From a virus: a stretch of 14,510 nucleotides of DNA. A model generated the notes under the pieces. That model did no database searches. It was given only the letters and a program-made list of their open reading frames with translations, and had not been told where the DNA came from. This document shows, one piece after another, positions 7,566 through 14,510 of this stretch (position 1 is its first letter; every line of letters begins with the position of its first letter). The stretch is taken from UHGV virus genome UHGV-0176603, one strand, 5' to 3'. A program made the position numbers and the translations under genes.

Positions 7566-8094
7566 CTGGTTGTTCCGGAAATGTAACGGGCAATTCAGAG
7601 GTATCAGTGGCTTCAATCTGTTGCACGTACCGCATCCAGTTCATCAGTTGTTGCCTGTCTGAATCAGTGATAATCCCCAAAGTAAGCTGGGTTTGCCAGA
7701 ACTGCGTTTTTTCTCTGGCCTGTTGTAACAACTTTTGTTTCTGATTTTCAACCTGCAACCGTTGCTCTTCTTCGGAATATATACGTTTAATGACGGCACC
7801 ATCCTTAAACATCCATTTACCTGAGTCATCAGCACGTCGGTTGGCGGTAATATCAGGAACCTCGACAACGCTGAAACCTTCAGGGTTAAGCGTTGAAGCA
7901 TCTCTGGTGATGCCGACAATTATATTATTCTCGTCGTAAACAATCTTTATCGTGTCTTCCTGAAAATTACTTACTTCCTCATACCAGTTTTTTCCCTCTT
8001 CGGACCATAACCAGATAACATCAAAATTTTTTGTCAGTTGATACTGGGCAACAGTTTTTGGATTACCCGCAGTAATATTTTTTAAATGCTGCAT
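7561..8094 (-). CDS. G: Tail fiber assembly chaperone (P2 gpG-like Tfa)
   Basis: 177-aa [42 protein letters not shown]...[32 protein letters not shown], very close to my recollection of the P2 gpG N-terminal domain; the C-terminal half diverges. Sits immediately downstream of H. Confidence 0.85.
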   Translation of the reverse strand: MQHLKNITAGNPKTVAQYQLTKNFDVIWLWSEEGKNWYEEVSNFQEDTIKIVYDENNIIVGITRDASTLNPEGFSVVEVPDITANRRADDSGKWMFKDGAVIKRIYSEEEQRLQVENQKQKLLQQAREKTQFWQTQLTLGIITDSDRQQLMNWMRYVQQIEATDTSELPVTFPEQPE

Positions 8095-8097
8095 AAA

Positions 8098-10080
8098 CTA
8101 CACCTGTGCGACGTTATACCATGTGCCATTGATGTATTTTTGTATTGGTCTGAATACTGCGGGGTCATCACCATCGACTTCACCGACAATACCAAGCCCT
8201 GTAATTACATGCCCTGCTTTCTCATACATCACCCCTTTCTGCATGGTCTGGACAACACGTGTGCCAAGTCTGACATCTCTCACATAGCGGGAATCAAAGT
8301 TACCGTAATCCGAGGGATTAACACGCCCCGTAATATTTATGGTTTTATTACTTTGAATGCTACCGGAGACAAAGCGCATAACATGGACGTTATTAGCATA
8401 AACATCCAGATTACCGTCGCCATTTTGTTTAAAGCCCGTGTCATTATCACCCAAAACAATCGAGTTACCGCCAAGAGCACTGGATGTACCGATGCCCAGT
8501 GCACCATTCAATTGACCTCCAGATAATGACAACGCCCCAACATCAGCAGCAGTCGGTTTAATGTGCGAACTATAAATTACATATACAGTTCCATCTGTCA
8601 GGCCTGTTGGTTTATTCGCTGTATAAGTTGGTGATGTATGAATCGTTACGCTGGCGTTACTGGTATAATCCCACTGAATATTAACACCTGTGGCGTAATT
8701 ACCTATTTCAACATAAACATCATAGGTATCACCGGATGTATTCACCCATGCAAAATTAGTAAATCCAACCGAGGTCCGTCGCCATAACGCACCAGTAAGA
8801 CCTTTTGGATTTCCATTTCCCGCACGAAGAACAAGTTCAGATATACCAGCCTGCATAGGGGAGTTAACATTATATCCGGCACCACCAATCAGACTTATGT
8901 AAACCACGGAACTGGCCTGTGGCATGATTACAGTTGCCAGCCTGAACCATCCTGTACCACCACTAAAAGACATGGTTGTTGAATTTGTTGCTCCAATATT
9001 GCGCAGGAATAATCTTTTATCAGGAATATCCGCGCCATTTTGATCTTTCTGAAGACGTTTTTCAGCATTGTCATAGGCAGCCTTCACTGCTTTTGGCGTT
9101 GCCGCGAGGGTTTCAGAATCACTGTTTGCAGCGCTACTGAGCTGGACAAGGCCTTTTCGCGCTGTGGTGGCATCCTGCGCAGTATATTTCCCGTTAGCAA
9201 GGTCATACGCTGTCTTAACCGCCTTTGGCGTTGCCGCAAGCGTTTCAGAATCGCTGTTGGTGACGCTACTGAGCTGGACAAGGCCTTTTCGCGCTGTGGT
9301 GGCATCCTGTGCAGTGTATTTTCCGTTAGCAAGGTCATAGGCAGCCTTTACCGCCTTTGGCGTTGCGGCCAGCGTTTCAGAATCGCTGTTGGTGGCACTA
9401 CTGAGCTGGACAAGGCCTTTTCGCGCTGTTGTGGCATCCTGCGCAGTATATTTTCCGTTAGCAAGATCATACGCGGCCTTAACCGCTTTCGGCGTTGCGG
9501 CCAGCGTTTCAGAATCGCTGTTAGTGGCGCTACTGAGTTGAACAAAGCCTTTTGCGGTCAGCGAGGCGTCCGGGTGACGTCGTGACTGTTCATGCTCTTT
9601 CAGTTTGTCATCCACGTAATCCACTGTGGCCATCACCATGGTGTTATCCACGGTAAGCGCCACGGTGGCAGTGCTGGATACGGTCAGAATGGTGCGAAAT
9701 GTTTGTGCACGACCGGACCCTTCGGCAACGGCTGGCTTGTAACTTTCGGCAGTATTGCCCACCGCGATTAAATCGCCGTGCTCATCAAATACACCAATTT
9801 CCCGGATCCAGAATCCGCCCGTTTCTGGAGGAATAACCAGCTCTGCAATAATGCGGTTCTGATGTGTTGCGTCCAGGATGACGCGATTAACAGTATGTCG
9901 CCACACCTCATGCACCAGACGGGTCTGCTTACTGTCTGGTGTGGGCAATGTACCGCCACCGTCGCCCACGGCCATATGAGTCAGGCGGACAGGCTTACCA
10001 TCTGGCGCGGCTGCCTGAGCTAATTTTTTGGCACCCGTATTGGTGATAACGGTTTTAAATTTACGTGTTGTGGTACTCAT
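8098..10080 (-). CDS. H: Tail fiber protein (P2 gpH-like)
   Basis: 660-aa ORF with a conserved N-terminus (MAVGDGGG, EVWRH, IIAELVIPPE, SYKPA.AEGSG), four tandem fiber-repeat units, and a C-terminal receptor-binding region. Confidence 0.9.
   Translation of the reverse strand: MSTTTRKFKTVITNTGAKKLAQAAAPDGKPVRLTHMAVGDGGGTLPTPDSKQTRLVHEVWRHTVNRVILDATHQNRIIAELVIPPETGGFWIREIGVFDEHGDLIAVGNTAESYKPAVAEGSGRAQTFRTILTVSSTATVALTVDNTMVMATVDYVDDKLKEHEQSRRHPDASLTAKGFVQLSSATNSDSETLAATPKAVKAAYDLANGKYTAQDATTARKGLVQLSSATNSDSETLAATPKAVKAAYDLANGKYTAQDATTARKGLVQLSSVTNSDSETLAATPKAVKTAYDLANGKYTAQDATTARKGLVQLSSAANSDSETLAATPKAVKAAYDNAEKRLQKDQNGADIPDKRLFLRNIGATNSTTMSFSGGTGWFRLATVIMPQASSVVYISLIGGAGYNVNSPMQAGISELVLRAGNGNPKGLTGALWRRTSVGFTNFAWVNTSGDTYDVYVEIGNYATGVNIQWDYTSNASVTIHTSPTYTANKPTGLTDGTVYVIYSSHIKPTAADVGALSLSGGQLNGALGIGTSSALGGNSIVLGDNDTGFKQNGDGNLDVYANNVHVMRFVSGSIQSNKTINITGRVNPSDYGNFDSRYVRDVRLGTRVVQTMQKGVMYEKAGHVITGLGIVGEVDGDDPAVFRPIQKYINGTWYNVAQV
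9070..9570 (-). repeat. Four in-frame tandem repeats of about 132 bp (44 aa) inside H
   Basis: The unit KG(F/L)VQLSSATNSDSETLAATPKAVKAAYDLANGKYTAQDATTAR occurs four times (aa about 172-338) with only a few substitutions; the nucleotide copies are near-identical. Confidence 0.85.
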
Positions 10081-10082
10081 GC

Positions 10083-10613
10083 TTAATCGTCCGGATAAAT
10101 GGTAATGACTTCACCGTCGTAAGTTGCTGCCGCCGCGAAAATATCTCCCGGGATCTCCTGAATGATATTCAGCCCTGTCATGTGGCGGCTGACCGGGCGA
10201 GCATCAGCAATCAACCGCTCCATTTCCAGATACATTTCCTCCGTCACGCCACTGTCCAGCGTGCCGACTTCAACGGTAAATGTTCCCGGTTCCCCGCCGA
10301 ACTCCCACCACTCAGACACACGAATGAGATATCCCAGCGGCTCAATGGCCCGGCGCAGTGCGCTGATGGTTCCCTTGTGTCGGTGTATCAGCCATGCATC
10401 ACGAATCACCTGTCGCTTTGTCTCTTCCGGCCAGTTGCGATCCCAGCGGTCAACGGAAAATGCCCAGGCTAGATAAGGCAGCAGATGCACCGGGCAGGTG
10501 TCCGGCGACCACAGCGTGTTGAGGTCTACCGGGATGTCTGTAATGCGTGTTCCGACAGCTTCGGCACAACGCATGAAATTGCTGGCTGATGGCGGTAACA
10601 GTGAATTACTCAT
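10083..10613 (-). CDS. I: Baseplate protein I (P2 gpI-like)
   Basis: ORF-track frame 10083..10646; start reassigned to the ATG at 10613 (MSNSLLPPSAS...), 8 nt overlapping the J stop, giving 176 aa. Conserved LWSPDTCP..LLPYLAWAFSVDRWD core. Confidence 0.85.
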   Translation of the reverse strand: MSNSLLPPSASNFMRCAEAVGTRITDIPVDLNTLWSPDTCPVHLLPYLAWAFSVDRWDRNWPEETKRQVIRDAWLIHRHKGTISALRRAIEPLGYLIRVSEWWEFGGEPGTFTVEVGTLDSGVTEEMYLEMERLIADARPVSRHMTGLNIIQEIPGDIFAAAATYDGEVITIYPDD

Positions 10614-11502
10614 TACGCCCACCTTCGCTGATGGTGAATGACTCACAGCGCGCCGCCTGTATGTCGCTGATGGCCATATTTTGTGTGGGTTCGATTATCT
10701 CCACGCGTTGCACACCGTGCACATGCAGTGCGGCAGCAATGGCTGACAACGCCACGTCCTGACCGATAAGCCCCTGTTCAGCCAGCCACTTCCTGAATGA
10801 CGATTCCGCCGCGGCCAGAATAGGTTCGGATTCCGGGCCGGGGTAAAAGTACAGTTTTGCATTCAGCCGCCATGTCACGATTCTGGCGCTCTGTACGGTC
10901 AGGCGGTCGGCCACCGGGCGGGTATCCTCTGCATTCAGAACGGCGCGAACGGTATTAAGCAACGCCTCCGTTGCCGTGCCGTCGCCTTCAGTGGACAGGA
11001 TGGAAACCGTCACATTTGCCGGAGACGGACTGATAGCCCGCGCATCACGCACCAGACCGCTGGCGCTGCGGGCAAAATACTCGTATGCGCCTGACGGGCC
11101 AGCAACGCTCAGGCCGTCATACGCCCGTTGCGCCCGCAGTCTCAGCGAGGTGTCGCTCTCCATCACCGCGTCGGTGGTATCCGTTGCCGGAGTGATAACC
11201 AGGCGCTTTGTGTTCATATTGCCTGCGAGGTTGTCCAGGTTTGTCCCGGCGCTGTGGCTTAACATGCAGGCGCGTGCACCCTCATTGACCCGCTGGCGTA
11301 ACAGCATTTCACGAAACGACATGGTTTGAGCGATAACGTTAAGGGGTTCCGATTCCAGCTCCAGCGCGGCGGAAACGGCTTCACGCTGTTCGGCGGGATA
11401 GGACGCAATCATCATGGCTTTTGTGTCAGCCAGAATTGCTTCAAAGTCAGGCTCCGCGATGATGGCGGGTTCCGGTAACTGGGAAAGGTCAACGGCGGGC
11501 AT
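10606..11502 (-). CDS. J: Baseplate assembly protein J (P2 gpJ-like)
   Basis: 298-aa ORF (P2 J is about 302 aa from memory) with GAGGGAG RBS, between W and I. Confidence 0.9.
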   Translation of the reverse strand: MPAVDLSQLPEPAIIAEPDFEAILADTKAMMIASYPAEQREAVSAALELESEPLNVIAQTMSFREMLLRQRVNEGARACMLSHSAGTNLDNLAGNMNTKRLVITPATDTTDAVMESDTSLRLRAQRAYDGLSVAGPSGAYEYFARSASGLVRDARAISPSPANVTVSILSTEGDGTATEALLNTVRAVLNAEDTRPVADRLTVQSARIVTWRLNAKLYFYPGPESEPILAAAESSFRKWLAEQGLIGQDVALSAIAAALHVHGVQRVEIIEPTQNMAISDIQAARCESFTISEGGRNE

Positions 11503-11505
11503 GAT

Positions 11506-11856
11506 TTACTCCCTCAGCGTGATGGTTAACTCAACATTCTGCATGGTCTGCATGACAGTGCCCGACAGCGTCACCCCGGCGCGGCCTCCCGCTTTCCAGA
11601 CAACGTCGATGGCATCCAGGGCAATGCGGGGTTCCCATCGTGTCAGCGCAATCACGGCAGCACTCATGCATTGCAGACGCGTGGTGTTATTCATGGGTTC
11701 GTCAATCAAATCAGGCACAAGGCTGCCATATTCCCGTCGCATAACCCGGCTTGCCAGCGGGGTGGTCAGGATATCCCTGACTGACTGTTTCAGGTGCTCC
11801 ATATCGTTCAGGTTTCCCGTCCCGTCCGGATTCATTCCTGTGTAGCGGGTTGTCAC
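11506..11856 (-). CDS. W: Baseplate assembly protein W (gpW/gp25 family)
   Basis: 116-aa ORF MTTRYTGMNPDG...RVMRREYGSL...; closely matches my recollection of P2 gpW (MTARYLGMNRSDG...RVMRRDYGSL). Confidence 0.9.
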   Translation of the reverse strand: MTTRYTGMNPDGTGNLNDMEHLKQSVRDILTTPLASRVMRREYGSLVPDLIDEPMNNTTRLQCMSAAVIALTRWEPRIALDAIDVVWKAGGRAGVTLSGTVMQTMQNVELTITLRE

Positions 11857-12434
11857 TGCGGGCCTCCTGTCGAATCGCTGCCGCCTTTCACGCCACCGTG
11901 TTTATGCGTATGCACGGTAATGCCGTTTGAGGTGAAGTTGCCGCCGCTGTGCGTGATATTGCCGCTCATCTTTCCTCCTTTTGTGACGTCAAGCGTCGCC
12001 GTTCTCAGAAGGTTTGTGCATTCCACGACGGGCGTATCCAGTTTCACGCTGACGGATGCCTGTAAAGTGGCCGTTTTCATGCCGCTGGCGCTCAGTGCGC
12101 CTGCGTCCGCGTCGTAGCGGAACACCGCGCCGTCCGGCGCGCTGATCACGATTTCTTTCAGGCTTTTGCCGGGGGCCGGACTGGCATCACTCCACAGGCT
12201 GCCAATTATCATGGCGGTTTCCGGGTTGCCGCCAATGCAGGCAATTACCACCTGTTCGCCTGGTGATGGCGGCAGCCACACATTGAAGGCTCCTGCGCGC
12301 GTGGTGTTCCAGCGCAACCAGCCTGTTTCCAGTTCGCCGCTGCGAACGCGCACGCACCAGGATTCCTCATCAACTTCAGAGATGATCCCGGTGCGGATGA
12401 TGTTGCTCAGCAGTCGCATGAGTTCTGCGCTCAC
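11853..12434 (-). CDS. V: Baseplate spike protein V (P2 gpV-like)
   Basis: 193-aa ORF with IRTGII, VGEQV, PVVECTN and KGG.M.GNI.H.GG...SNG...HTHKHGG (C-terminal HxH metal-binding apex), matching my recollection of P2 gpV. Start overlaps the S stop. Confidence 0.9.
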   Translation of the reverse strand: MSAELMRLLSNIIRTGIISEVDEESWCVRVRSGELETGWLRWNTTRAGAFNVWLPPSPGEQVVIACIGGNPETAMIIGSLWSDASPAPGKSLKEIVISAPDGAVFRYDADAGALSASGMKTATLQASVSVKLDTPVVECTNLLRTATLDVTKGGKMSGNITHSGGNFTSNGITVHTHKHGGVKGGSDSTGGPQ

Positions 12435-13075
12435 CGTACAGCCTCCGCAATCCGGCCCAGCACCGTGTTATAAATCAGGCGTTCATCTGCCTGACTGATG
12501 CCCAACAGCTCACGTACCGGGTAATCGGTGAAAATGCCCGGAGCAACCTGATCGCGCTCACCGAACTGATGAACGCGTGCAATACGTGCGGCCACGCCGC
12601 TGTAACCCACCGTCACACCGGAAGCATCTGCACGGGCTTTCAGGTAGCGGGCGGTGCGCAGTTTTACGAACATGGGGACGCGCCTGGTGCTGTCCTGGTT
12701 GATGCGCCGGGTGCGTATTTCCAGAAAGCGGTCGATGTCATCCCGGTAAAACGTGCGGATGCTGTTTTTATCCTCATCCCACCCGGTGATGGTTCGCCCG
12801 TATTTCCCCGTGTCGTGATGCCAGTTTTTCAGCGTGCGTGCTTCGTTATTCCAGATAAAGCGAATGCGCTCCTGTATCCGGGTTACGCGGCGTCTGCGTG
12901 GTGTCCATGCAGTTCCGTCCGGCGCTTTCTGTGACCGGATACGTGCCTGCTGGGCGCGACGTAAATCCTGTGCCAGCTTTCTGGCGATGTTATTGATGGC
13001 CTGCTGATTCAGGCTGTCGCGGATAGCCTCAAAGGTTTCATCCACGCGGGTGAATGCCTTATCCATCGCTTTCAC
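12431..13075 (-). CDS. S: Tail completion / virion morphogenesis protein (gpS-like)
   Basis: 214-aa basic ORF between R and V, the position of P2 gene S; it is longer than P2 gpS (about 150 aa from memory). Family assignment rests on position and composition. Confidence 0.65.
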   Translation of the reverse strand: MKAMDKAFTRVDETFEAIRDSLNQQAINNIARKLAQDLRRAQQARIRSQKAPDGTAWTPRRRRVTRIQERIRFIWNNEARTLKNWHHDTGKYGRTITGWDEDKNSIRTFYRDDIDRFLEIRTRRINQDSTRRVPMFVKLRTARYLKARADASGVTVGYSGVAARIARVHQFGERDQVAPGIFTDYPVRELLGISQADERLIYNTVLGRIAEAVR

Positions 13076-13526
13076 CCCACGTCACATCCTGGAATACATG
13101 CGACCAGTCGCCTTCGGAAGAGGGCAGACGGGGTTTTGGCTCCGGCAGGTGTTCTGCCTGCGGTGTCCCCTGACTGCTGCGCGTGATGCGAACGCGTTCC
13201 CGCAGAGGGAGCGTAAACAGGAGATCGGCGCTGTCATCGTCATTGATAACGGCGGAGAATTTGATGTCCTGATTACGCTCCGGATTGAGCAACAACTGTG
13301 GCTGATTTTCGGATAACCACGCCAGCAGCGGCAGCGTGAGGTCGTCCAGCTCCCCGGCGTAATCCATGACAAACATCACCATCTGATAGCGGTAAACAAA
13401 CGAGGGCGTTTCTCCGGTCGTTTCAATGTTGCCGCTCTCCACGAAAATGGTGAATTTTTCCGGGTTGGCCTGACACCATCGGCATGAACGGGTCATGGCT
13501 TCACGCAGGGAATCAGTTTTCAGCAT
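13059..13526 (-). CDS. R: Tail completion protein R (P2 gpR-like)
   Basis: 155-aa ORF starting MLKTDSLR (P2 gpR MLKPDSLR, 155 aa from memory), located between the lysis genes and S. Confidence 0.75.
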   Translation of the reverse strand: MLKTDSLREAMTRSCRWCQANPEKFTIFVESGNIETTGETPSFVYRYQMVMFVMDYAGELDDLTLPLLAWLSENQPQLLLNPERNQDIKFSAVINDDDSADLLFTLPLRERVRITRSSQGTPQAEHLPEPKPRLPSSEGDWSHVFQDVTWGESDG

Positions 13527-13803
13527 GGTTGTTATCCTCGTTGTTCAGTCGTTGCAGCCTGCGCTGTTCCAGTAATTCAATGGCCCGTTTATCAGCGTTA
13601 CAGGTTTCCAGTGCATCCAGAAGGCGGTCGCCCCATATACCGAGATTTCCCCATGTGGGAGTGTCAGGGAAGGGGGGAGGTGTTACCGGTATGGTCAGCG
13701 TCTGCGGTATAAGCCGGACTGACGGCGCTGGCAGTGGCGCGTTCTGCGTGCCTGCGCAACCTGTCAGTAAAACGAGCGTCAGGCAAAGCGTGGGCGCATT
13801 CAT
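13513..13803 (-). CDS. lysC: Outer-membrane spanin lipoprotein (LysC/Rz1-like)
   Basis: From the ATG at 13803: MNAPTLCLTLVLLTGCAG..., a signal peptide with lipobox LTGC, then a Pro-rich mature region. Embedded out of frame in the 3' part of lysB and overlapping the R start, as in P2. Confidence 0.65.
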   Translation of the reverse strand: MNAPTLCLTLVLLTGCAGTQNAPLPAPSVRLIPQTLTIPVTPPPFPDTPTWGNLGIWGDRLLDALETCNADKRAIELLEQRRLQRLNNEDNNHAEN

Positions 13804-14071
13804 CTTTTGCAATATCGTTGCGTAGCTGTTCACGTCTGGCCTCTCCGTCCTGATTTCTCTGTTGATTTTCCACGCGGAGTTGCGCCAGCACCTGCTGCAT
13901 ATCCTGTACCCCGGCGCTGATGATATTCAGGGTGTCGACGGTACTTTTCAGGGTGCTGGCCTGCGCTTCGTTTCTGGCGTTCTCCCGGCCCAGTGACCAC
14001 GACAGACGCATGGATGCTCCCCAGGCGGCAATCAGAAGAAAAGCGACGCCCAGCGTGGGCCAGAGCTTCAT
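13664..14071 (-). CDS. lysB: Inner-membrane spanin (LysB/Rz-like)
   Basis: From the ATG at 14071: MKLWPTLGVAFLLIAAWGASMRL... (N-terminal transmembrane helix) followed by a charged, coiled-coil-like periplasmic domain. Start overlaps the endolysin stop. Confidence 0.65.
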   Translation of the reverse strand: MKLWPTLGVAFLLIAAWGASMRLSWSLGRENARNEAQASTLKSTVDTLNIISAGVQDMQQVLAQLRVENQQRNQDGEARREQLRNDIAKDECAHALPDARFTDRLRRHAERATASAVSPAYTADADHTGNTSPLP

Positions 14072-14460
14072 GCCGGATAGGCTCCGTGTGGTAACTGAAA
14101 GTGCGGTCCGTCTTTCAGAGTCTTCCAGTCGCCGCCCCATTCCACCGGAATATTCAGTTCCCGGCTGGCCTGTCTGAATGCTGCTGCGATTTTTTCGTAC
14201 AGCGGCCATTCCCATGACACCTGGCTGCCGATATAAGCCACAACATCCACGGCATGCCCCGTAAGGTGGCGGCTGTTCATGGTCTGGCTCTTACCCGTGG
14301 CCACCAGTTGCTTCTGGCGGTAACGGCTGCGCAACCCTTCGGTGATACCAAAATCCACTTCCGAGATTTCCAGTGCCCGTCGGGTCACTTTCACCAGATC
14401 AGGATTTACGCCCTGCAAATTCTTTTCGCTCCGGCTGCTGAATTTAAATGTGTTGCTCAT
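14068..14460 (-). CDS. Endolysin, peptidase M15 family (T5-like L-alanyl-D-glutamate endopeptidase)
   Basis: 130-aa ORF MSNTFKFSSRSEKNL..VNPDLVKVTRRALEIS.VDFGI.EGLRS...SRHLTGHAVDV...DGPH; pattern and length match the phage T5-type M15 endolysin as I recall it. RBS AAGGAG upstream. Confidence 0.85.
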   Translation of the reverse strand: MSNTFKFSSRSEKNLQGVNPDLVKVTRRALEISEVDFGITEGLRSRYRQKQLVATGKSQTMNSRHLTGHAVDVVAYIGSQVSWEWPLYEKIAAAFRQASRELNIPVEWGGDWKTLKDGPHFQLPHGAYPA

Positions 14461-14510
14461 TCGTCCTTCTCCTTCACCCTGCGATTAAAGGCCGCAATAA
14501 CCTTGTCGCG
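14457..14510 (-). CDS. 3' end of an upstream gene, probably the holin (partial; runs off the window)
   Basis: The minus-strand frame ending ...RDKVIAAFNRRVKEKDE* has its TGA overlapping the endolysin ATG (ATGA). A charged C-terminal tail and position fit a holin, but only 17 codons are visible. Confidence 0.3.
   Translation of the reverse strand, partial: RDKVIAAFNRRVKEKDE

Noticed and set aside
9070-9570. Possible CRISPR-like array, given the regularly spaced near-identical repeats
   Set aside because: The units are contiguous 132-bp in-frame coding repeats with no unique spacers, lying inside a fiber gene.
9040-9585. 181-aa plus-strand ORF with its own internal repeats
   Set aside because: It is the antisense shadow of the tandem repeats in tail fiber H; the periodicity keeps the opposite strand open. 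No independent start or RBS context.
10065-12498. Plus-strand ORFs across the baseplate genes (for example 10065..10472, 10976..11329, 11414..11845, 11794..12117, 12166..12498)
   Set aside because: Antisense to the tightly packed, start/stop-overlapping I-J-W-V genes, which match P2 baseplate proteins.
1-14510. Integrase, invertase, transposase or a defense-system cargo locus
   Set aside because: No ORF in the window looks like a recombinase or a known defense protein, and the largest gaps (158-346 and 1760-1916) are too small to hold one. I do not claim a novel system here.

Overview
This window is almost entirely a P2-like (Peduovirus-type) myophage late-gene region, most likely a prophage in an enterobacterial chromosome. 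All calls come from reading the ORF translations against remembered P2 proteins and gene order; nothing was database-verified. On the minus strand, from high to low coordinates, lie a holin 3' end (partial), a T5-like M15 peptidase endolysin, overlapping LysB/LysC spanins, tail completion R and S, baseplate V-W-J-I, tail fiber H (with four 132-bp in-frame tandem repeats), tail fiber assembly G, and after an interruption D and the zinc-finger late activator Ogr. The interruption is the sheath-tube-chaperone-tape measure-U block (FI, FII, E/E', T, U; 1917-7492), which sits on the plus strand. It is therefore inverted relative to the P2 order H-G-FI-FII-E-T-U-D-ogr, leaving D divergent from FI and U convergent with G across a shared hairpin terminator. 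At the far left, beyond ogr, an unannotated 46-codon minus-strand ORF encodes a Hok/Gef-family type I toxin whose ribosome-binding site is buried in a hairpin. I found no unassigned ORF of defense-system size: every gap is 190 bp or less, so the points of interest are architectural (the inversion, the toxin at the prophage edge, the fiber repeats, the mosaic lysis cassette) rather than a new multi-gene system.
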